From positions 186,001 through 250,000 of the IMG/VR virus record IMGVR_UViG_3300044846_005229: DNA of 64,000 bases. One strand, written 5' to 3'. Both the position numbers and the translations under genes were made by a program. Shown one piece after another: positions 27,455 to 37,148 of the stretch (its first letter is position 1; each line of letters begins with the position of its first letter). The notes under the pieces were generated by a model. That model was not told the DNA's origin and did not search any database. It saw nothing but the letters and a program-made list of their open reading frames with translations.

Positions 27455-27809
27455 ACCTATACTATACTGCCTTAGCCCCGCAAAAACAAGGGTCTAAACC
27501 GTCGATTTAGGTTCGGTTAACCGCCCACTATCCACATAGAGCGACCATCGCCCTGCCCAAATGATTCTCCCTCGGGGGTTAAAACCATTTGAAGGGTTAG
27601 AGTTAATCCACCTGAAGTTTCCGATTCCCCCAGAGTCTGAACTAATGAAGCCAAATCTGCAATCAATATGTGGTGGTAAGTTTGGCTCCCTATGGTCGTA
27701 GTTGCTAGGTATGTCCATCACCTCGAATGATGACTTTACTCGTTGAAGCCAACGAAGGAAATTTGTAAGGGGGCTCATTTTTTTAATTGCGCAGAGTAAG
27801 CTTCGTCAT

Positions 27810-28115
27810 TCAGCTAAAATAGAAACCATTGCTTTTAAACTTTACTTTGCCACCTTTCAAGGTCACAACCCACTCTTTCTTTTTATATGACAGGTATTCA
27901 CCATCGAATTTAAAAGACTTGATGGCAGTCAGGATGATGGTGTGGCTAGGGTCCCGGAGAAAGAGGCTCTTGGCATAAGAACGGGCTCGTTTCGAAGTGT
28001 CGAAAGTTTTGCTTTCATCGAGTTGTTCACCGAGTTGTTCACAAAGTTGCAAATCATCTACACTCCACCGCCCGCGTGATAGTATGTCCTTGTGTTTAAT
28101 TTTCATGGTCTTCAT
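27810..28115 (-). CDS. hypothetical protein
   Basis: ORF in array. Confidence 0.6.
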   Translation of the reverse strand: MKTMKIKHKDILSRGRWSVDDLQLCEQLGEQLDESKTFDTSKRARSYAKSLFLRDPSHTIILTAIKSFKFDGEYLSYKKKEWVVTLKGGKVKFKSNGFYFS

Positions 28116-28308
28116 TCTCGTACTCTTGTAGAACTAAGGGGATCCCTGAGGCAATTACCGTTACAGCTAGTATTATAGGTGGCCAGCCCTGTAGCAATGC
28201 TGCGAATGTTGACACTGCTGCCAAAAGTAGAAAGTAGGTAGTTTCGGCTACCCGAAAAGTTACCCTCACTGAACCTTTGGCCCCCGCTGTTTCCGCCCAT
28301 ATGGCGAG

Positions 28309-28722
28309 TCATGGTTGTAACCTCCGAGTGTCCCCCGAGTGTCCTTCGTGGGGTTTTTCTTTTTCTTTCAGCCCCATCAGCTCGTCCTTTAAGTACACTA
28401 AATCAAGCTCAGCAATGCGTAGTTCCTTTTGTTTGTCATTAAGATGCTCCCATTGCGAGGAATGACATTCTTCAAGGCATAAGCTAGGACGATACGAGCC
28501 GTTAAGCGTGCCCCAAGGGCCGCCCCCCATTGCAATACCCATCTTGCTACTGAAAAAATAGGACCCTTCGTGGAAGGCTCTTGAAATTACAGCAGCACGC
28601 ACCAAATAATGCCACTGATGAAACCAAGGCAACTCACGATTTAGATTGGACTCTAGTTCTAGAAGATCATCAAAAAGCAACTGAAGACCTTCCCCCCCTG
28701 CTGATGGTTTGACCCCATACAA
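28309..28722 (-). CDS. hypothetical protein
   Basis: ORF in array. Confidence 0.55.
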   Translation of the reverse strand: MYGVKPSAGGEGLQLLFDDLLELESNLNRELPWFHQWHYLVRAAVISRAFHEGSYFFSSKMGIAMGGGPWGTLNGSYRPSLCLEECHSSQWEHLNDKQKELRIAELDLVYLKDELMGLKEKEKPHEGHSGDTRRLQP

Positions 28723-29258
28723 TGTTTTTGCCGGTGTGGCGATAGCCTATGGACAATAGTTCTTTCGAATAATACCAGCGACCCCTACCCAACTCATCGC
28801 GCAATGGATAATATGCGCTTGGCCGAAAGGTGTTAAACCTAGTAATGATGTTTACCGCTGGGCCTAGTCGTTTTGACACGCCTTTTCCCAGGATTGGGTA
28901 GCTCATAGCTGCACCCTCCGAAACCCGATAACCCACACCCAAGGGTTCGCTTCCCATGACCCTTCACCATTTATGTATCGGTGGGAGTGCTTAGGGTAGC
29001 TATCATTTTCTGAGACCCATTGAAGGTAGTCATTTCTTTCTGTACGGTGGTCAACGTGCATCATCATTTTTGTTGTTTGTACTCGCAGCATCCAGCAAGG
29101 ACTCTACCCGAATCAACCGATTAGAAATGCTAAGCAGAATGTCCGTCAACCCCTCAATCTCCTCATGAATGTCCTGGTGGTGGAATCGTAATGGCTTTTG
29201 AATTAGCTTATTGAATTTAGATTTTTTCATCTTGGCGTAGTAATAAGGATTGTGACAA

Positions 29259-29852
29259 TCATGCGTAGATATACTCACGCCATTCCGCAACTTCAGCCAT
29301 GCTGATAGTCACTGTGATTTTATTGAATGGGGCTTTAGGGTTCCCTGCCAAGGTGGTCCCACGGCTATTTACCCTCGACTCCATCATTCCCACCTGAAAA
29401 CTATCCCAAGTGAATGGCAATGGCGCAACATTCGTAGTTTCCTTAGCAAATACCTTCTTCAAGGCCATAGCCCATTCTTCTGGGGTACGATTATCCTTGC
29501 AATTGTTGCATTCCAGGCAGCTAGTAACTAGGTTTTGCCAAGTGTCTTGGCCACCTCTGGACTTTGGAATTACGTGGTCGATTGTAAGATTAGGACCTGA
29601 ATACCCGCAATATTGGCAAACATGCCTATCTCGCTTCAGGATCAAGGAACGGGAGGGTTTCCCGGCAAAGAGTTTAGATTGGGGGACTTTGACATAGTGC
29701 TTTAGGCGGATAGTACGCTTGGACACAACGTGTGCTTTATTTTTCAACACCAAAATAGTCGCCCTCTTCCAACTCAACATCGTCAAAGGTTGATATGTAG
29801 CATTGAGTAATAAAATAGTCGAACCAACTTTGACAGGGATTTCTTTAGGCAT
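29259..29852 (-). CDS. HNH endonuclease
   Basis: LLLNATYQPL...W.RA..L, RD...CQYCG, TIDHVIPKSRGG...W.NLV..C..CNN.K. Confidence 0.92.
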   Translation of the reverse strand: MPKEIPVKVGSTILLLNATYQPLTMLSWKRATILVLKNKAHVVSKRTIRLKHYVKVPQSKLFAGKPSRSLILKRDRHVCQYCGYSGPNLTIDHVIPKSRGGQDTWQNLVTSCLECNNCKDNRTPEEWAMALKKVFAKETTNVAPLPFTWDSFQVGMMESRVNSRGTTLAGNPKAPFNKITVTISMAEVAEWREYIYA

Positions 29853-29919
29853 TCTTCGAGGTCTTTTTCAAATAGTGAGCATGTGGTTCTATTGCGCCAT
29901 TAGTCCCATGTTCTTAAGG

Positions 29920-30174
29920 CTATACAACAGGGTCCTTAACTTCCCCAATGTCAAGGTCTACCAATCGTGTAAAATCATTGGCTTCCATTTGGGTAAATGG
30001 ATTGAACCGAATTTCCCTACGGTTACCAACCTCATCAATGCTAAAATGCCTGTAGTATTCAACAGAGTCCTCATACTCAACATCAAACTGATACCCAAAC
30101 ATTGAGCCATTGCGCCCAGTAATTACGAATTTGCAATTTGCGTAACGAAAGTTGGATACGTCTGGGATTTCCAT
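29920..30174 (-). CDS. hypothetical protein
   Basis: ORF in array. Confidence 0.55.
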   Translation of the reverse strand: MEIPDVSNFRYANCKFVITGRNGSMFGYQFDVEYEDSVEYYRHFSIDEVGNRREIRFNPFTQMEANDFTRLVDLDIGEVKDPVV

Positions 30175-30589
30175 TTGGTTGGTTGTTGGTTGTTGGTTAT
30201 TGGTAGTCGGTTGTTGGCAGGTGTCTAAATAGCAATGAGTCAGAAACCGGTAGCAATCTATTGGCGGCCACTCCCGAGGTTTCTAAGGTTCTTCAAAGCC
30301 ATGGCGGCCAATGGCAAGACTATAATTCCCACAAGCAGGAAATTGACTACGGGGTCTGGCAAGTTGACGGGGTCGTTGATTGTTGTGGGTTGGATTGTTG
30401 TGGGTTGGATTGATGCAGTTCGTTGGGTGGCCATGATGGGTTGCTTGGGGGTTGTTTGGTGATTGCTGGAGGGGGAAAGTTGTCCAGTTATGGACCCACT
30501 CTAGCCTGATGCCTTGTCAATGTCAACCCCCCCCCCCCCCGAATCGCGCCAGAATTTGCGCCAAAATGGCGGGGTAGGTCCCCATCTAA

Positions 30590-32083
30590 TCAAGAGAGCA
30601 ACCGACTCCTGATATTAGCCAGACTGTTTACATCTTCGCCATATACGCGACCGTCCAGGAAAACCGTTTTTAATTCCCCTAGTCCTTCCTGCTCATGGGT
30701 TTGCTGCTCATGGAGGACAAAGTCATCTCCTTCTTTTTCAACGCGGAGTAAACCCTTGGCCGATTTTTTCGTTCCAGAGTCAGTGATTGGATCCTTAAAA
30801 ATTTCTACACCTTGACCATCAACTTGACCCCAAGTGGATTTGAAAGCCATGCCAAAAGTATCGCGAGTGTGATATTGATAGGAATAAGATCCTACACCAA
30901 GAACAACGTTGCTGCTGGCCCACTTGTTACGGTTCATATTTTCCAAGATAGAAAAAGCCCGTTGCAAGGTAATGGAATCACCGTAAATCAGACCAACCCT
31001 CGGATTAATTTCCCTGAAGCCACTTTCATTCACGGTGCCGCCAAACTCATCCCAAAGCAATTGCAGAGATCCCTTATGGGCAGGGCTGCCAGGTTCGGCA
31101 TCAGGATTACCGCAAAGGATATGTTCGGGGTTACCGCTATCACCCCTGAGTACAACCTTAGCAAGTCCCATAGCGTCCGGTTGACGGCTTAAGATAACAT
31201 CCTTAAGTTGAACAGCAATTTTAGTCAAGACATTCCAGTAATCCCAAGTGTCACTAACAATACTGACGATACCACTGGGGTACCTGTCTTGAATAAGGCG
31301 CCGGTAAGTTTCCAACTCATTATCTTTACCGCCAATGCACATTACACTGTGCTCAGTAGCAGGGACACCGCCCGCGATAAACTCAGAGCCAACATCATAG
31401 TAGTCTTCTAGGAAGTCGATCGAGGGGATATTGTCCGAACCTGTAAACGAGAAAAGATGACCAATACCATGGGCAGCCCCATCATGAATTCCACCAACAC
31501 CCCTCAACGAAAAGTCGTGCGCCTGGAAATTAACAAAGCTGGGGTCAGCTCCCGTCAATGCAGCATAACGATCTAGCAAACGACGAAACTCGTAAGCAAC
31601 GGTAGCGATATTGACTGTTTTCCAAATTTCCGACGAAAGGGCAGTTTCCACGTAGTTAGTCAACCAGTAGAATTCGTGAATAGTATTCTGGATCGTCAAA
31701 AATGGTACTCTCAAATTGACTCGGCTTCCCTCAGGCAAAGCTTTAACCCTAAGGGGCATATAGCCGAGGTCATGTAAATCAGCCAGGTGATCTACTCCAA
31801 CCGCCCCTGGGCCGAGGGCCGAATCCATACGCCTACGGTACTTTTCAAGTACTTGATCCTTTGGTTTATTGAAAAAGGAGTCATTCCACAAGTCTTGAAG
31901 ATACCATTTAAGAGTGCCTTGAATCCCTGCCACTACGATTTTATGATCGAAATCCGGTAGCATCTTAGCCAGACGGTCAGATCTAGCGGTTTGATTGGTG
32001 TATACGATTTCGGTTTTGTCAGGGTATTGGTAGATATGCCCAGTCTTGTAAAAGTCGGTTGCGTGGGGGGCAAAAAGTTTCAT
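30590..32083 (-). CDS. nadV: nicotinamide phosphoribosyltransferase-like protein (Namat of a NARP1-like pair)
   Basis: TDFYKTGH, HDFSLRG, PATEHSVM, SIVSDTWD, RGDSGNP, IYGDSIT, GVGSY, KDPITDSGTKKSAKG. Confidence 0.92.
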   Translation of the reverse strand: MKLFAPHATDFYKTGHIYQYPDKTEIVYTNQTARSDRLAKMLPDFDHKIVVAGIQGTLKWYLQDLWNDSFFNKPKDQVLEKYRRRMDSALGPGAVGVDHLADLHDLGYMPLRVKALPEGSRVNLRVPFLTIQNTIHEFYWLTNYVETALSSEIWKTVNIATVAYEFRRLLDRYAALTGADPSFVNFQAHDFSLRGVGGIHDGAAHGIGHLFSFTGSDNIPSIDFLEDYYDVGSEFIAGGVPATEHSVMCIGGKDNELETYRRLIQDRYPSGIVSIVSDTWDYWNVLTKIAVQLKDVILSRQPDAMGLAKVVLRGDSGNPEHILCGNPDAEPGSPAHKGSLQLLWDEFGGTVNESGFREINPRVGLIYGDSITLQRAFSILENMNRNKWASSNVVLGVGSYSYQYHTRDTFGMAFKSTWGQVDGQGVEIFKDPITDSGTKKSAKGLLRVEKEGDDFVLHEQQTHEQEGLGELKTVFLDGRVYGEDVNSLANIRSRLLS

Positions 32084-32148
32084 TGTTTGTTAGGGGTTTG
32101 GTTGCGTTTGGTTGCGTTTGGCGGTAGTTGCGTCCGGGTTAATAAGGC

Positions 32149-33069
32149 CTAGTTCACCCTGAGACAAGTCAAGTTGGCGGGTAGTTCCCGATAAAAGTCT
32201 CGATTCGGCAACATGTTCGCCACATAGAAGTGATCGATAAGGCCATCAAAAACCTCAAAACCCTTCGAGAAGATTCCATGGGTGATATACAAGTCGATGC
32301 GGGATGGCTCGTATTTTTTCAGAACCTTGGCAAGTTCAATAAAGGTCCGACCACCATCGCAAATATCGTCAACAATAAGAAGGTTCTTCCCTTTGTAATC
32401 GCCGTCTTGGATCTCCGTTCGCAGGATTTCCCCATTTTCAGGGTTACGGACCTTAGTGGCATACTTGACTTCAGTAGACCCTCTAAATCTAGCAGCTACT
32501 TCCGCCCGTGGCACTGCGCCTTTATCAGGGGCAATGATTACGGTGGTGGGGTCCCACTCCATGCCTGAAGGTATCAATTCAAACTTACTCAAAAGGGAAT
32601 CAACCTGATCGTTAACAAAGTTGGTGAATTCCCCAAAGATGCCCTCAGCTATAGGGCTATGAACATCCCACGTTGCCAAGAGGTCGCACTCGCCCAAATA
32701 CGGCCTGAGGGAATTAGCAAACACCGACAGGGAGAAAGCTTCGCCTTCAGCACAAACTCTATCCTGGCGGCTATAGGGGAGATAGGGGATAAAAAGTTCC
32801 AACTTCCAAGGCTTGGGGAGCCCATCCCTCACTCTTTTAATCGCATCCAAAATAAGCAAAAGTTTCACCCATTCTTCGCCTTTGCCGTCGATGTCAGCAG
32901 TGACGAAGATTTCGGAGTATTCAGACAGACTATCAAGGTTAACTCCGTCTAAGATTCTAACTTGATGCTCTCCAGCCGAGAAAGTGAAGGTTGAGTAATT
33001 GATCTCTGTAGGAGGTTTCCCCTCGATTAGATCCCTCGTTAGATTGGTTGCAGTTATGTTGATTGTCAT
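32149..33069 (-). CDS. prs: ribose-phosphate pyrophosphokinase-like protein (Adps of a NARP1-like pair)
   Basis: TFSAGE, PYLPYSRQDR, DVHS, APDKGA, K.R, IVDDICDGGRTF, THGIFSKG. Confidence 0.9.
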   Translation of the reverse strand: MTINITATNLTRDLIEGKPPTEINYSTFTFSAGEHQVRILDGVNLDSLSEYSEIFVTADIDGKGEEWVKLLLILDAIKRVRDGLPKPWKLELFIPYLPYSRQDRVCAEGEAFSLSVFANSLRPYLGECDLLATWDVHSPIAEGIFGEFTNFVNDQVDSLLSKFELIPSGMEWDPTTVIIAPDKGAVPRAEVAARFRGSTEVKYATKVRNPENGEILRTEIQDGDYKGKNLLIVDDICDGGRTFIELAKVLKKYEPSRIDLYITHGIFSKGFEVFDGLIDHFYVANMLPNRDFYRELPANLTCLRVN

Positions 33070-33220
33070 TTTGTTAGTGGTTTTAGTTGGTTTAGTTGCA
33101 ATGATGTCTCAACTGGAGCAACTATAGCGTTTTTGCCCTACAGAAACAAGGGGGAAAGCCGAAGGCTTAGGTTCGGTTCCCCCCCATACCTCTAGTTCCT
33201 ATTGGTTTGAATGATATATG

Positions 33221-33247
33221 AAAAGAAAGAGGGGGTGAGGCACCCCC
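33221..33247 (-). terminator. intrinsic terminator
   Basis: GGGGGTG-CCT-CACCCCC hairpin followed by TCTTTCTTTT. Confidence 0.8.
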
Positions 33248-33256
33248 CGGCCGCAA

Positions 33257-34111
33257 TCAGAACTTAAAGCCGAGACCGATAGTGCCGACGGGGGCGTAAG
33301 CCGTTCCAGCAACACCGTTTTCCTGAGTCGGGAACTTCAGATCAGCGAAACCAACCAGGGACGATGTAAAAGCACGCTCCACACCGGCAACGAATACAAA
33401 CTGAGAACCTTGACCAATGCTGGTCTGGTAGTTGGCTTCCCCATCGTTCGTCAATGCCCATTGGCCACCGGCACCGAGGTAGAGGTTAGTGCCACTAACG
33501 AAAGTACCACCGATGGTACGCCCAGCCAGGGAAACGTCTACGGTCCCCAGAACACCGATAGCAGAACCAATTTGGCTATCAGGGCCCGCAGCGAAGTTCA
33601 CATAGGGACGAGCTGAGATGGCAGTACCGTAGACTTCAGCCACTGGGAAACGTCCCTGAAGGGTACCACCAGCGATAGTACGATTGTTGCTATAGGTGTC
33701 GCTGCTAACGCCTTGGCGATTCAGGTTAACGCCTACGCCAACATAATTACCAACTCCAACTGCTTTCCGAGTTGCCGTATCTTCAAGGGCAGAAATACGA
33801 GCGTTGGTAACTGCGATAGCCGCACGAGCCTCGTCTGCAATGCGACGATCTGCTTGGCTCAGTGTGTCATAAACCCGGTCAACGCAAGCACTCATGAGAG
33901 CTACGCTTTCGTAGCGGGTGGTGGGATTGCTACCACGGAAAGTGCCATCGGGATAACCAGCAACGCAACCATACTTTTCAGCTAGGTTTTGAAGGGCACC
34001 GTAGGCCCAATTTGTAGGAGAAGAGTCCGTAAACCGTGGTGCGGCGAACGCAGGGGTGGTAAAGGAAGCGATAGCTGCTAATGTAGCAATAATTCGATTT
34101 TTCATTTTCAT
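33257..34111 (-). CDS. secreted SLH-domain outer-membrane beta-barrel protein (shortened cyanobacterial porin-like)
   Basis: Signal peptide ...PAFA, SLH WAYGALQNL.EKYGCVAGYPDGTFRG...TRYE, coiled coil, amphipathic strands ending GLGFKF. Confidence 0.8.
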   Translation of the reverse strand: MKMKNRIIATLAAIASFTTPAFAAPRFTDSSPTNWAYGALQNLAEKYGCVAGYPDGTFRGSNPTTRYESVALMSACVDRVYDTLSQADRRIADEARAAIAVTNARISALEDTATRKAVGVGNYVGVGVNLNRQGVSSDTYSNNRTIAGGTLQGRFPVAEVYGTAISARPYVNFAAGPDSQIGSAIGVLGTVDVSLAGRTIGGTFVSGTNLYLGAGGQWALTNDGEANYQTSIGQGSQFVFVAGVERAFTSSLVGFADLKFPTQENGVAGTAYAPVGTIGLGFKF

Positions 34112-34276
34112 TTTGTTTGTGTTTTGTCTGTACAGATCCGGGTTACAAATCCCGGAATGTGATTGTGGGGTTATGAACCCCGGTGCAAATAGCACTTTGC
34201 CCTCTCAGGGTTACAATCACCTTGCTATTGGGTCGTTTATTGGGAGATTTACCATGGGAGATTATACCATAGTTTC

Positions 34277-35266
34277 TCATATAGGGCCAAACTCATAGGT
34301 CGTTGTCCGTGAGCAATGAAAAACTTCCCCCTTCGGATAGACTTTTTGGACTTCCTGGACGACCCATTTCCTTGTCTCTTCGTTGGCTTTGAAATCCGTT
34401 AAACTGTTTTTCAGGTGGAAAAGTCTTCTAGTTACATCTTCTAGGATTTTTTTAGCTTTCCCGACGAGGATCACGTCCGTGGTACCCCGTGAGTCAAATT
34501 TTGGATATACATTGGGGGATACAAGGTCTAGAAAATCCAATGCGTCTTGAAAAGTGTTCATTGCCACACCAAGTGGCTGATAGGGATATAGCGTGCTATA
34601 TGCCATGCAATAATTTCGCAATATCGGGAAAAACAAAGTCTTCCCGTCTTTTTTAGTAATCTCTAGGATTTTACGATTCACTGGCATGAAGAAGGGGTTT
34701 TGTTTCCTAGCTTTAGACTCCGCCCGCTGAATCATGAAGGGGCTTGTAGGAGAAAGTGTTGTAACACAACGGAAGCTATCCCCCATGTCATGAACTTTGT
34801 ATGAAGCTTCGAACTTACACACTTTGCTAAAGTAACGGTCATTTTCGGTATTTTGCCTTTCCCGTAAGAATTCCCTTTGTAATTCCAAAGCTTCTGAGGA
34901 ACAACATTCTGGAAGCCGTCTAATTAAAAACAGAATTGCGTCTACCAACTCGAAGTCATCCCTGCAAGGGTGGAAATTTGTCTTAACCTCGGAAATGAAC
35001 TTTTCTAATAAAACCTTCTCACGGAAAGCTACATACATAATTGGTTCATAATAGCCCAATTCCGGCTTCCCTACTATAAACATTTGAGTGTGGGGGAAGT
35101 GATTTCCAGTGCCAAATCCTAGATCAACCGGGTCAAAATTTTGCCATCTAGTCCCAGGCGGAGGGCACGGCCTCTGATGGTAAAGGGGGAAATAAACCTC
35201 TTCTCCCCCCCCCCAATCTGTAACTTTCAAGTACTTGAAAAGAGTTTCTATTTTGAGTTGGGACAT
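34277..35266 (-). CDS. hypothetical protein
   Basis: 329-aa ORF in array. Confidence 0.7.
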   Translation of the reverse strand: MSQLKIETLFKYLKVTDWGGGEEVYFPLYHQRPCPPPGTRWQNFDPVDLGFGTGNHFPHTQMFIVGKPELGYYEPIMYVAFREKVLLEKFISEVKTNFHPCRDDFELVDAILFLIRRLPECCSSEALELQREFLRERQNTENDRYFSKVCKFEASYKVHDMGDSFRCVTTLSPTSPFMIQRAESKARKQNPFFMPVNRKILEITKKDGKTLFFPILRNYCMAYSTLYPYQPLGVAMNTFQDALDFLDLVSPNVYPKFDSRGTTDVILVGKAKKILEDVTRRLFHLKNSLTDFKANEETRKWVVQEVQKVYPKGEVFHCSRTTTYEFGPI

Positions 35267-35286
35267 TGTAGTTTGGATTATTGAAC

Positions 35287-35505
35287 TTATTTACCGGAGT
35301 CATAGGTGCAAAGTGCGGTGTAATGCCCTAGTTCATAACCTTCAGTCCAACTTCCCCCGGACCGAACACAATCACTCATTCTGTACGGACTTTTACCAGA
35401 GAGCACCCCGGCAGTAATTGAAGCAAGGATCCCCAAAATCGCCCCACAAATTAAAAGTTCAATCAGGATGAAGCCGTTAGGGGTTTGAAATTTTAATCGT
35501 GTCAT
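35287..35505 (-). CDS. small type IV pilin-like protein
   Basis: Class III signal G|FILIELL followed by a hydrophobic helix; C-terminal Cys pair. Confidence 0.7.
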   Translation of the reverse strand: MTRLKFQTPNGFILIELLICGAILGILASITAGVLSGKSPYRMSDCVRSGGSWTEGYELGHYTALCTYDSGK

Positions 35506-35559
35506 TTTAAGAAGTAAAGGAAAGAAGGGTGAGTACCAGCAAGGCATCACCCATGGCAA

Positions 35560-35928
35560 TCAGAGACGAGAAATGCAAACGTTGGCTAAACCACTGACCC
35601 CCAGGCGTTGAGCAGCTCCGTGAGCAAGGTCAATGATACGACCTCCGATGTAGGGTCCCCTATCTGAAATCCTAACATCAGCAACAAGGCCATTGTCACG
35701 ATTTACTACTCTGACCCAACTTCCAAAGGGGAGTGAAGGATGTGCTGCTGTCATTGTGTTAGGGCGCAATCTTTCACCACTAGCAGTTAAGTTTCCATAT
35801 AATCCTGGCCCATACCAACTGGCTTGGCCACACTGCTTGGCTTGAGCTGGTTCCCCAGAAAGAAGTCCGGCAGCGAGAAGGAAAGAGGATAATTTGGAAA
35901 AACGCATGAAAACATTAGGATCCAACAT
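35560..35928 (-). CDS. rlpA: RlpA-like (DPBB) lytic transglycosylase
   Basis: GQASWYGPG..G..TASGE...TAAHPSLPFG..VRV.N...V.I.DRGP....RIIDL. Confidence 0.92.
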   Translation of the reverse strand: MLDPNVFMRFSKLSSFLLAAGLLSGEPAQAKQCGQASWYGPGLYGNLTASGERLRPNTMTAAHPSLPFGSWVRVVNRDNGLVADVRISDRGPYIGGRIIDLAHGAAQRLGVSGLANVCISRL

Positions 35929-36035
35929 TATTCTAGGTTTTTGCGGTTGGCAACCACGGCCTGGTGCCTGATTACTCGGGCTAGATACCATTGTAGCTTG
36001 TTGCGGTGAGCAAGTAAAGTTCGGGAAACCGCCCA

Positions 36036-36713
36036 TCAGCTTGCCTCTTGGCGAAGATTTGCTAGGTTTTCTTCATAGAAGCGCCGCAGGTCCTCATACC
36101 TTTTAACCGGCTGACCGTAATAGCTGTTGCCGCCATAAGTCGGAAGAGATGCCCATTCCGGAGCAAGCTTTGCAATTAGCGTAGGAGTAATCTTCCCGGA
36201 ATCAGCTAGGCTCAAGGCATTGCGCTTTTCGACAAGGTACAAGGCTGCTTGGTCTTGGCTTCCGGGGCCAAAGTCCGAAAGGTTAAGTTTCTTGGATGCT
36301 TCATCCCAGGTCCCTGGCAAGAACTGATAGGCCCCAGCAGCTGCACTCGCGTAGCTCACCGAGTATTGAATTTGGTTTGGATGTTTTTCTAATGAGGATA
36401 CCATGCGCCCCCCAAACAAAATCCGGTAGCCATCTCGGCTATTTTCAGTCCAGGTTCCTTCGGCAAAGCGAATGGTATTTAAAAGGGCTCTGCGTTCTGG
36501 CGTAAGCTCATAGGCAGGGGCCGGTAAAAACTTTGTAGGATCGCAGCCTGTGCAGATGGGGTCGAGTCCTAGTGGTAGACCTGGGGAGAGACCCATGATT
36601 GCGACTTTCTGAGGTATAGGGTATTCCAGTCTGTTAAACTCAGTAAGTCCGTTTAGCGGGGTTGCAACAGTTCCAACCAGGGAAACAGCCACAAGTGTAG
36701 TGAGGTTAAGCAT
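36036..36713 (-). CDS. lambda-type lysozyme/muramidase (GH104-like) with N-terminal signal/anchor
   Basis: ALLNTIRFAEGT, SAAAGAYQFL..TW, DF.P.SQD, EWASLP..YGQ. Confidence 0.88.
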   Translation of the reverse strand: MLNLTTLVAVSLVGTVATPLNGLTEFNRLEYPIPQKVAIMGLSPGLPLGLDPICTGCDPTKFLPAPAYELTPERRALLNTIRFAEGTWTENSRDGYRILFGGRMVSSLEKHPNQIQYSVSYASAAAGAYQFLPGTWDEASKKLNLSDFGPGSQDQAALYLVEKRNALSLADSGKITPTLIAKLAPEWASLPTYGGNSYYGQPVKRYEDLRRFYEENLANLRQEAS

Positions 36714-36889
36714 TTAATTAGTTAGATACAACATCCGATTAGGATAAGGAGAAGTTCCCCGTCTCAGGGGCGAATCCCTCGGCACATTTTGTTTAAGGGC
36801 ACATTATCATGCCCCGATCCCCACTTTGCGGTTTGCAAAGAACCCCCTCATAAAGGGCGACGTTTTAGGTTCCGTCATGGGTCGTTTCT

Positions 36890-36917
36890 ATTATAGCACC
36901 CTAGATCAGAAAGTCAA
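36890..36917 (-). promoter_or_regulatory. sigma70-like promoter upstream of the lysozyme/rlpA/pilin genes
   Basis: TTGACT-16 nt-TATAAT with extended TG. Confidence 0.75.
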
Positions 36918-37148
36918 TGGGTAAGGGCGGATGGATAGGTGGATGGGCGAATGGTGACGATCCTTATAGGAAGTCGGAGCCAGGTGTATTACCAAAGTCT
37001 AAACAATATTCTCTAAACATCTCCTTGACTAATTGCCAATTTTCCCCGCTGGCATCTAACCCAAGTTTCTCAGTGGCTTGGGGGACGTTCCATTTTGCCC
37101 CATATAATTTTCCCATCGCAATTTCATAGTCCCCCTTTGAAAAAGTCA

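Noticed and set aside
36735-36850. c-di-AMP (ydaO) or c-di-GMP riboswitch upstream of the lysozyme
   Set aside because: The ydaO-like words (GGGGCGAATCC, AGGGC...GCCC) fall on the non-coding strand and the rest of the consensus is missing; the c-di-GMP-I P2 arm is absent
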